A stretch of DNA of 62,555 bases from Lama guanicoe (taxonomy: Eukaryota): assembly GCA_013239625.1 (NCBI GenBank), contig MU053810.1, forward strand, positions 1,373,320 through 1,435,874. The letters run 5' to 3'. Position numbers and translations under genes: made by a program. Positions 52,330 through 62,555 of this stretch are shown piece after piece (within the stretch, counting starts at the first letter, position 1; the number at the start of each line of letters is the position of its first letter). Under the pieces are notes generated by a model, which saw only the letters and a program-made list of their open reading frames with translations, did not search any database and was not told the DNA's origin.

Positions 52330-55300
52330 TGTATTTTTATTGATTGCTGTAAAGTATAGAATGTATATTAAATTATCACAGCCAACCTTCAAATACCATT
52401 TCATGTACAGCATAAGGATCTTACAATAGTATTTTTCCATTTCCTCACTCTTAACCCTGTAATTTTTACATCTATGCATGCCAATACATTGTTAGTACTA
52501 CTGCATTATCTTTTAAAGCAATTAAAATTCTGAAAAACATCTACCATAATTTACCATTTTTTCATATTCTTTTCCAATCTATGTTATAAGAAATTATAGT
52601 TCCCCATGCTATACAGTAGGTCCTCATTTTTATCTATTTTATATATAGTAATGACACTATTTTTAAAAAATTCATTTTTCATTAATTTATTTTTAACATG
52701 TTTTAATGAGTTATAGTCATTTTACAATGTTGTGTCAAATTCCAGCATAAAGCACAATGTTTCAGTTATACATGAGTACCATTATTTTTACCCTTTCCAA
52801 TACACGATTTCTCTAGCTACATCTTAATTTCTGCCTGACATCCAATTTGTCTGCCTAAGTAACTAGCATTTCTTTTAACATAGGCCTGATGGCAGTACAT
52901 TCTTTCACCTTTTGTTTTACCTGAAAAAGTCTTTATTTTGCACTCATTTTTTAAAAGATATTTTTGCTGAGTATCAAAGTCTGAGTTGACAATACAAAGA
53001 AAGGTGTGCTGAAAGATTTTTCTATCATTATTTTGAAGTAGTTTCATTACTTTGAAGAAGAGTGAATAAAAAACATGTCATTCCATTTTCTTTTGGGTTG
53101 TAGTTTCCAGCGAGAAGACTGGTGAAGTCATTATCTTTGTCCCTCTCTATGTAGTGTATTTTTTTTTCTGTTCGCTTTCTAGATTTTTCTTCTTATCGTT
53201 GACTTTTAGCTTTTTGACTATAGAGTGTGTAGTATTACTTCTTCCTTTCTAATCTGGATGACTTTTATTTCTTTTTTTTTTAACATTTTTTATTGATTTA
53301 TAATCATTTTACAACGTTGTGTCAAATTCCAGTGTTCAGCACAATTTTTCAGTTATTCATGGACATATACACACTCATTGTCACATTTTTTTCTCTGTGA
53401 TTTATCATAACATTTTGTGTATATTTCCCTGTGCTATACAGTGTAATCTTGTTTATCTATTCTACAGTTTTGAAATCCCAGTCTATCCCTTCCCACCCTC
53501 TACCCCCCTGGTAACCACAAGTCTGTATTCTCTGTCCATGAGTCTTTAGATTCCACATATGAGCGATCTCATATGGTATTTTTCTTTCTCTTTCTGGCTT
53601 ACTTCACTTAGAATGACATTCTCTAGGAGCATCCATGTTGCTGCAAATGACTTTTATTTCTTTTGGTTGCCCAGTTGCCCTTACTAAAACCTCCCATACA
53701 GTGTTGAACGGAAATAGTGAGAAAGAATATCTTGATGTTTTCCTGATCCTAGGGGGAGAGTAACCAGTTGTTTATCATTCAGTGTGATATTAGCTGTGGT
53801 TTTTTTCAATAGATGCCCTTTGTCAAGTTGAGAATGATCCCTTCTATTCCTAGTTTTTTGAGTGCTTTTATTATCAAAAGGTATTAGTTGTCAAAACTTT
53901 TTTCTGCATCTAATAAGCTGACCTTGTGATTTTTAAATTTTATTTTTTATTATATTACTGTAATATAGTATTTTCAGTCATTTTCAAATGTTGAACCTGC
54001 CTTGCATTCCTGGGATAAACCCCATTTGGTCATGGTGCACAATTCATTTTTCATCCTGCCGGATTCAGTTTGTTAGTACTTTGTTGAAGGTCTTTGAGTC
54101 TGCATTCATAAGAGATATTGGTCTGCATTTTTCTTTTCTTGTAATTTTTTAAATCTGATTTTGATATCAGGGTAATACTGGCCTCGTAGAAAGTTGTAAT
54201 GTTTCCCTTCTCTTCTAATTTTTAGAAGAATTGGTGATTAGTTCTTTCTAACTTTGAATGTTTGGCAGAATTTAGTGGCAAAGCCATCTGGGTGTGGGCT
54301 TTTTTGTGTGGATTCAGAGTTCAGATGTTAACCTGCATGTCTACGGTCTCTTTATATTATAAGTTAGTAGAATTGCCTTTTATTTTCTGGAGTCAGTTTC
54401 AGCAGTTTGTACATTTTTAGGAATTTGTCCATTTTATCTAAATTATCTAATTTGTTGCCATTCAAGTGTACATAGTATTCTTTTAAAATCTTTTTTATTA
54501 CTATATGGTCAGCAGTAATGTCTTCTCTTTGATTTCTGATTATAGTAACTTGAGTCTTCTTTTTTTCTTGGTCAATCTAGCTAAAGATTTGTCAATTTTA
54601 TTGATCTTTTCAAAGAACCAGCTTTTTCATTTCATTGATTTTCTCTATTGTTTGTCTATTCCCTATTTCATTCATTTGTGCTCTAAACTTTTCTTTTCTT
54701 TTCTTTTTTGCTTGCTTTAGGTTTAGTTTGCTTTTCTTTTTCAGTGTCTAAGGTGAAACTTTGGATTATTGATTTGCAATCTTTCTTCCTGTTATAGGGA
54801 TTTATTACCACAGATTTACCCTAAGCACTGTTTTAGTGTCATCCAATAAGTTTCAGTACATCATCTTCCTTTTTATGCAACTCAGAATATTTCATTTCCT
54901 TTTTGATTTCTTCTTTGACCCACTGGTTATTTAGGGGTGAGTTGTTTAATTTCCAGATATTTATGAGTTCCCAGATTTTTCTTGGTATTGGCTTCTAATT
55001 TCATTCCATTGTGATCAGAGAACATACTTTGTATTTTTTTTCCTTTTAAACTTTTTGAGCTTTGTTTTTCAGCCTAGCACATGGTATATCCTGAAGGATG
55101 TTCCACATACACTTGGGAAGAATGTATAGTGTGTTATTTTTGTTGGGGGAGGTGACATGAGAGTATTCTATAAATGTCTGTTAGGTCTAGTTGGTTTATA
55201 GTGTGGTTCAAATCTTCTGTTTATTTGCTCATCTTCTGTCCAATTTTTCTATCCATTATTGAAAATGAGATACTCAAGTCTCAGATTACTATTGTTAAAT

Positions 55301-56130
55301 TGTCTATTTCTCCCTTAATTTCTGTCAGTATTTGTTTCTTGTATTTTAGTAAAGTGTCATTGAGTGCATATATATAATCCTTAGATCTTCCTGATGGACA
55401 GTTTTTATCAGTGTAAAACATCTCTTTTTATCTCTAGTATTTTTTTATTTTAAAGTCTATTATGTTTGATAGCAGTATAGCCACTCTGGCTTTTATATGG
55501 TTGCCATTTATTTGATACATCTTTTTATCTTTTCTTTCAATCTGTTTGTATCTTTGAATGTTCACTGTGTCAGTTTTTTTCAAACAAATCTGAAAATCCC
55601 TACCTTTTAAATGGAGAGTTTAACTCACATTGAATGTAATTACTGGTATGATAGACTTCCATCTGCCATTTTTATGTTTGTTTTTTATATATCTTATGTC
55701 TTTTTTTAAAAAAAATTTAAGTGAATATTTTCTAATGTAGCATTTCAATTTCTTAAATTATTTTTTCACTACATTTTTGAGGGGTTTTATTTTTGTTTTT
55801 GTTTTTAGTAGCAGCTCAGGGCTTACCATAAATATCCTATTTAAACCAGCTTCTTATTTATACTCGCTTAATTCCAGTGAAAATATTACTCCTGTACAGC
55901 TCTGTTTGCTTTTACTTTTTCGAGGTATTAATTTTACACTTATTAAGTCTGTTAATATTACAGACCCAACAATACATTACTGTAATGATTACTTTACAAT
56001 CTAGTCATTTCCTTAGCCCAGTACACCTTTACTCCCGCCCACATTCTTTGTGCTGTTATTGGCACATTTCTTTATGTTATAAGCCCAATAGTACATTATA
56101 TACATATTACTTTATACAATTGTTTTGAAA
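52330..56130 (-). mobile_element. Cluster of old L1 (L1M) fragments, mostly ORF2 and inter-ORF, with small younger L1 3' ends inserted
   Basis: Continuous T-rich antisense L1 sequence, e.g. 'cttgcattcctgggataaaccccatttggtcatggtg', 'ttttattgatcttttcaaagaaccagcttt', 'tccattgtgatcagagaa'. Confidence 0.85.
53272..53646 (-). mobile_element. Second, short copy of the young L1 family (3' end only)
   Basis: Near-identical to 49755-50180. Perfect TSD atgacttttatttc (53258-71 / 53647-60). Confidence 0.95.
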
Positions 56131-56149
56131 TCATAAGATATGGCAAATT

Positions 56150-56690
56150 AATAAAGGACACTGCGTCTTGATAAGGAGTTTGGATTCTAGCCTTTATTAG
56201 CCAGAACACTCATGGTGGTTATTTTAGCAAGGAAGTGGCATGCCCACATTTTAAAAATTATTATTTTAGGAAAATAACTCTGGTTTCAGTGCAATAGATG
56301 GTTTTAGATAGGGGATAACTGGCGGCAGTGAGACCAATGTGAAAGGTGTCATATGTATCAACAGTTATTTGGACTTGGACTGAAAACATGGCTCTGTGGA
56401 TAGAAAAATTTTAAGACTCACTTTTATGGTATAATTGCCAGTTTCCTGATTAGTAGGCTACGATAGGTTAGGGAAATGGAGGAATGTAAAATGGCCCTTG
56501 GTTTCTGGCTTGGGAAGTAGATATTGATATAATCAATTAAATCAGGGATGCAAGAGAAAGAAACTGATCTGGAAAGGAAAATGACAAAGTTTAGATTTAA
56601 ACATATTAAATCTGAATAACCTAGATATCCCAGTGAGGATTTTAATAACCAGTAGGTAATACAGGACAATGTGAAGTTGAAAGCAAAAAA
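56150..56690 (-). mobile_element. L2 LINE remnant; MIR remnants follow at about 56700-56820 and 57040-57220
   Basis: 'taaggagtttggattcta...ttttagcaaggaagtggcatg...aactctggtttcagtg...ggtttctggcttggg...tagatatcccagtgagga'. Confidence 0.65.
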
Positions 56691-57825
56691 TTTACATACT
56701 GGTTTTCTTAAGCAAGTTATTTTAATTTCATTTTTAAAATGCAGATAATACTAGTACCTCATAGTTTTTAGTGGACAATTAAATGAGATATGTGCAGTGC
56801 CTGAATAAATGACAGTTATGTTGCTATTTATTTTTAAAGTTATTTGGAATAACAGAAACGAATTAGATCATCCAGAGAGAGTATATAATGTATTTGAAGT
56901 TGAGTTCAAAGGAGTGCTTCAAGGTACATTTTTGTGGGTCAGCAAAAACAACACCACCATAAACCACTTCAACTTCAGATTAAATTTGATACTTTGCGTA
57001 GCAGAGCAGGAGAAACCCTAGAGTTTGAAGTGTGTGTAATTTTGCACTTTTCAAAGTACCTTCCCATGTATCATCTTGTAAAATTCAGAAAGTCATCTTT
57101 TGAAGCAGGTATTATCATCCCGACTTTATAAGGCTTATGACTTACCTAGGATCAGCCACAAATTATAGTTATGGATCTGATCCTGCAGGTCTGGCTTCTG
57201 ACTCTTAGCCTGCGGCTCTCCCACATCAAATCCGCCACTCAGTGGCTCAACATTCATCTTATTCTGGAACTTACCCTGGGCCTCAATAAAATAGCTCTAT
57301 GAAATACTGCATTTGGAAAGCAGCTCTGATGAACAAGCTTCTTGACCTTGAAAGCGTATCAGTAGTTTATTACTCTCGTCAAAAATAAATCTCCAAGAGG
57401 GAGACAAAGGTTCATAATCTACAACCAAATTTAGGTGTTAAGTGCACACAATTCAATTAAATATTTTGGAGATATAGGTGTTGAATTTTTTCAGAGTTGG
57501 TGTTGATGCTGTTATGATGTTAAATCAATCAAAATGTTCAAAGGTTACTGTTATCTCTAAAAATTTAGCCAGACATATTCAGTAGTGTCTTGAGTAACAG
57601 TTACCCTTAAAGAAAAACACATCTAGTTAGCTCTATGCCATATGATAAAGTTTAAAATGAAGCAAAAAAAATATGATGTAGACTTTGTTTTTACCCTTCT
57701 ATCCCTTCCACGTTACATTTTTCCCCCCTTGGGTCTTAAAGATAAGTATTCTTGTTATATGAAGAAAGTTAAGCACAGGAACAGTATTTTGCTACCAAGT
57801 GCATGATACATCATTTCCTGAAAAC

Positions 57826-57842
57826 CTGCCCCTCTAGTGGCA
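57826..57842 (-). promoter_or_regulatory. Candidate CTCF site
   Basis: The minus strand reads TGCCACTAGAGGGGCAG, versus the core CCASYAGRKGGCRS; there is one extra G in the G run. Confidence 0.4.
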
Positions 57843-60213
57843 TTATTCACTACTCATGTGAACAGTTTCATCATCTGTAAAAACGGAGTTTATTTTTTAC
57901 ATGAGTTAATAGTGGCATTTGGCAGTTTCTTGTCTTTCAGGAACCTCAAAACGTTCCCAAAGTGCTACTTTTGCTATTATAAGAACAATTTCTCTTCAAG
58001 CTAGTTTCTTTGTCACTCTTGTCTTTCATGAGATAATATCCCATGACACAGGATGATGGGGACTTAATTCTGTTCAAGCACATAACTGCTCCAGTCCATG
58101 GAAAATAACAGCAATAGATCTGGGATTCATCTAAAAGGTGTAATTACACATTAAATGGTCCAGTTTATGTTGGGCATCTGCAGTGTATCGTTGTAATTAA
58201 TCAAGAATGGGAAAGTGTAAAAATATTAAGAATGAAGAAGAGATAAGCACACTCTCTCTCTCTCTCTTTTTCCCCTCCTTCCACTAAAAGAGAAAACAAA
58301 CATCCTGGAAGTATCAGTAAATTATGAAAAAGCTTATAGACAAGAAAAGCTTGAGTCTTCAGAGTTGTTATATAAATAACCCTCAAGAAAATTGATTCGA
58401 AGTAAAACGTTTATTGGTAGGTCCAAAATGGAAGGAATAAAGAGGAGAAAAAAAAAACACATGATGGAGATAAGAAACAGAAAAAGAGAATGGAAGTGAG
58501 GAGCACTTTGGGGAAGTTTCAGGCTAGCTGTCATACTTGGAGGAAAAATTAAATGATCAAATATATTCTAACATTCTATGTCTGCTCCATTCTAGGAAAA
58601 ACGATTAGGTATGCAAAGTGATCCAGGGAAAACACTCCCACTGTAAGTCCCAAAATAATGTGCATTTAATGATAAGCATTCCTGCCCACCCCTAAGGTGT
58701 AACTGTAACAGTAGATAATCTGGCATCTACACAGAGAAGAAATTTAAATCAATAAACAGCTACAGGGCAACTGCCTTCTTACCTGTGCTGTTCTTCATAC
58801 TGGGGATATAGAGTTGAGTAACTCCTGGTCCCTGTAGCTAGGCAGCATGCTAAAGCCCCCCAATCAAGCAACTGACCAACCAGCAAACAATCGAACACTC
58901 TAATAAACCAGTGTGTTAGTAACACGAACAAATTATCATCAGGACACAGAAATAAGTGTTTACTGGTTTAGCCTAGAGAAAGCAGAAATGCAGAATAATC
59001 AACAGCTTCTCAGAGGAAGTGGCACTTAAGCTGGTATTTGACAGATGAATAATTGTCTCAAGGTAGGCCTGGGGAAGAGGTTCTTTGTAAGTTCGATACT
59101 CTTTGAAGTGCTTAATGTCATATCAAGCATTTTTAAAACATGCCCATATCAGACATTAAAGTGTACTTTATAATTTCTACATGATCACATGAGCTGGATT
59201 GTATTTGACAAGATGTACATTTTGTAAGGCCACATTTTGTCGACAATGAATGAAATGTTTATTAATTCATTTTTTGTGATTATTTTTCATATACTTGGTA
59301 TGATATATTGTCCCCACTGACATTTGCTTTGGCTCTTGGAAAACTCATAGCCTCCAAGCACTGTTCCTGTGGTACCTAATGGAAAATGATGATCAAGGAG
59401 AAGGCAGACCAGCCATAGGATTCAGCTTGAGCAGAGGCTCTGGAAAGATGTGTATTTGAGTAGGGAACCTCTCAAATAGTAAGATGACTGATTAATCCTA
59501 TATAGATGAACTCATTTCCATACTTGCAGAAGCCATTCTCTCTGCGCTGTGGTCAGATGTCATCAGCAAAGTGCCTGAATAAGAGGGTTCTCTCTGAGAA
59601 TTTAGTTCCCTACTGACTCTGGTGGATGGTCAGTCAACCCCTTAGCCTCTTCAGCCTTTCCCCCCATTCATTAAATAAAGACAGTACTATAACACTATAA
59701 ATGTGAAGTATTTGAAGTTTCATATGTAGGCTTTCTAGAGATGTGAAGCATGATAGCAGCTACATTAACCAATCCAGTCCTTTTTATCAAGCACTTTTCT
59801 TCGAGCCCGTAAGTGGCAAAAGTCCTTAAAATATTCTCTTCTAGAAAAACAGTATGTAATAATATGATGAGAAGGATGCCTCTCTTCTTTAAGCAAGCAT
59901 TGACACGTTGGTTTTGTCAATTATCATATGCAAAATCATGCCTGACTGATGTATGGATGCTCTTGGCTTTGAACTTTTTTTTTTCCCAGGCAAGGAGTCC
60001 TTTTATTCATTCGGGGTGGGTTTTTTAAATGCGGTGTAATATAAGGTCCAGCCTCCCCGGAGCAGGGAAGCATAGGAAGCTTGCAGAACCTCCTGCCTTT
60101 TGGGCACCCTTGTCTCACCCTGGAAGGGGCCAGCTGGTCCTCAGAATGAGATGGGGGTGCCTGCTCCCTCCAAAACCCAGGACTGTGTCCATCTGCCCTC
60201 CTTTTGTACAATA

Positions 60214-61190
60214 GTGCGCGCGCGCGCACACACACCCGAAAATATCCTCACACGGCTCTGCTTGGCATCTTTCAGGCGAAGCAGCACTCTGGCCCTCGGG
60301 ACGGGTCAGGCAGTTTCCGTCCTGCCAAGCTCTGGGGCATCTCCCAGCTGCCTCTGGCCCTGCCAGCCCGGCCTGTGTCATATGGCATCTCTCTGTCGCC
60401 TTCTTCAGGAGTCCGGCTTCCAGCGGGGAGAGCTGGGCGCCGGCGAAGCCCTGCGCATCCGGCCTCTTCGGGCGCACTTCGCAGCTGGACCTTCTCCGCT
60501 CTGGGCACAAAGGCGGGGCAGCAGGAGGAGACGGCGTCAGAGGCCTAGACAGTGAAGAGGCCGGCGGTGAGGCCACGAGCCGGGGCCTCGAGGCGGAGGT
60601 GGCAGTGGCGCTCCGTGCAGGCCCGGTTAAGGCGGCGGCCAGCGGCAAGCAAAGGATGCTCGCCCGGGCGCGGCGGCCGCACAGCGCCGGCTTCTCCGTG
60701 CGAGGCCCTGGGGCCTGCAGCCCGTCCGGGAGGGGCCAGGCCGCTTCTCTGCCGCAGACGCACGTGGCCCAGCTCGCGGCAGCTGCTGCTGGACGTGGAG
60801 AGCCAGCTTTCCGGACAGCTCTGGGCCCCGGGCCCGGTGAGCCGGGCAGCGCGCCGGGACAGCAGGCGCTGCCCGTTTGCTCCCTCCCGGCCGATCCGCA
60901 GAGGGGCTCGTGGCTTGGCGTGTCCGAAGCCCGGACGCCCGTTGAGAGGACCAGGCCGTCTGCTTGAAGCCACCTGCGCACAGGCTGGGGCGGCGTGAGG
61001 CCCGTGGCCTCCAGGACTTTGGAGAAGGCAGGGCCGCCGGAGCTGTCGCTCGTCCTCATGGACACAGGGAGCCCCGTGTCTTCAAGGCCTCAGCCCCATG
61101 GTCCCGAGAGCCTGACCCATGGCTGGCCCGTTTCCCACGCAGGCCCGTCGCATCCCGGTCCCCTCCCGCTCCTCCACCTGAATCCAGATA
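60214..61190. promoter_or_regulatory. CpG island, not linked to any recognisable gene in the window
   Basis: About 1 kb at roughly 70% GC with dense CpG and sharp edges, in an otherwise AT-rich, CpG-poor window. Confidence 0.85.
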
Positions 61191-62555
61191 CCAGTTAAGT
61201 TTGCAACGCGATATATGATTGCAATACCTTGAGCTAATGCAGAGTAGCCTTTGTAGTCCAAGCTGTGACGAATCGGGTTGGCGCTCTTCATGTAAATGTG
61301 AAGAGGGACAGCAATATGGTCTGAGGCATTTCACATGGGAAAAGATGGGCTAATGCTGTTGACGTGGCAAGCTAGAGATTTTAAAACCATAATATGCAGA
61401 AAAATTTTAAATGCAGAAGCTAAATATTTTATGGAAAAAGTCAACTGAAGGATCATGTCTAATTTACACAAACTTAATCAGCGACTTTTACTTCGTGTTA
61501 ACAGCTCTTACAGAGCTCCTGTCTAATAACGCTCGGAGATTGGAGAACAAATTTTGTTCTTTCCAGGTACGTTGTTGTTGCATATTGATTGACTGATGGA
61601 TGGATGGATTTTTAAAGGCCTTTAGTTATGTACTTCAAAGACCAAAAAGCATTGGAAATATATACAGTGAGCAGTTCTCTCTGGTCTCTGTCCCTCAGCT
61701 TTCTAGTCTGCACCCTTCTCTCCCATCTTCCCAGCCTTGCCCCCCGCCCTACACGTAGTCACCATTATTGATGATTGATATTAAACATTTTGGTTAAATA
61801 ATTAGAATTTGAACATTTAGTCACTTGTAAGAGAAAACCGATGGACATTTTTGTTGATTGAGAGAGTACAATGGCAGAAGAAAAGTACTTGAGAGGTCAG
61901 GGAGGAAAGGGATGTGAGGATGAAGGCAAAGGACCATGTCTTCCTAAGAATCTATTGCCTTTAGCAAATTCTTCCCCGAGAAGGAGCTGTTGCAATTAGC
62001 CTTGGGTGTGCCTGCAGCTGTAGTTTTTGTTTTTACGAGAAAAATCCAAAAAGACTCTGAAAATTGATGGGATTGGGTTTATGCCTTGTCAAATTCATGA
62101 TAGAAAATTTTCTCGCAGGGTGTAACAGAACTCTCTCACCAGCTTCTTGTTTTGGGGATGAGGGAAAAGGAGTTCAGACATTTATGAGACTTTTCTTTCT
62201 TTCCTTCTAATCAGTGGTTATTTTGAAATAGTTACATGATAAGTTTGGTCATCTCTTAAGCTAGGAAAAATTAACATAATTTACATATATATCCTGTATT
62301 GACGAGTATAAAAACGTATATGTTTAGTGGAATTAATTGTTATATCTCAAGACAGAGTCAGTATTAATCAAGTTTAAAAATATTTTCAGGTTTCTTTGGG
62401 ATAAAATATGTATAAACTGCAACATTCTTTAGTTATCAGAAAGGCGTATTTATATTTTTTAATTGACTGAGTTATTCTATGTTTGAAAGCTAGTGTTTCT
62501 TATTCCAGCCAAAAGCATTTGTTTGTATCTGCCGGAGCACCTACCACAGAGCCTG

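Noticed and set aside
58783..58831. Apparent minus-strand exon (ctacAG...CAG|GTAAG)
   Set aside because: It lies in L2-like sequence (ctgtgct...tggggatata...tggtccctg), has no recognisable peptide and no partner exons.
60115..61065. 316-aa minus-strand ORF as a real gene; loose cadherin-like words (TGL...VRASD, FTVxASDA)
   Set aside because: Stops are rare in all frames of ~70% GC DNA, the composition is P/A/R/G-rich, and no DxNDNxP or LDRE hallmarks are present. Not called as CDS.
60214..61190. CpG island as the PLXDC2 promoter or first coding exon
   Set aside because: No frame encodes the recalled PLXDC2 N-terminus (MARF..ADLAAAGVMLLCHF). Only an unannotated non-coding upstream exon remains possible.

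Overview
Mammalian genomic DNA, AT-rich and repeat-dense. It is most likely from a camelid (camel, llama or alpaca), because it carries two tRNA-Ala-derived vic-1-type SINEs. The + strand holds the last four coding exons of MALRD1 (DIET1, a MAM/LDL-receptor class A domain membrane protein): 13043-13122, 13217-13313, 38066-38141 and 40790-40870. They splice in phase to (R)[110 protein letters not shown], i.e. the end of an EGF repeat, a TM helix and a tail with two FxNPxY motifs; a poly(A) signal follows at 41084. About 21 kb of downstream intergenic DNA contains a nested L1 cluster (49.4-56.1 kb, including a young 5'-truncated L1 with 610 open ORF2 codons) and an unexplained ~1 kb CpG island at 60.2-61.2 kb. 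I found no convincing new multi-gene system. The best leads are: (i) an alternative frame that stays open for 103 codons if the TM exon is skipped (a possible secreted MALRD1 isoform), (ii) the orphan CpG island, (iii) an L1 3' transduction and a twin-priming micro-inversion, and (iv) old local duplications in MALRD1 introns. Repeat family names and comparisons with human MALRD1 are from memory, not from database searches, and repeat boundaries are approximate.
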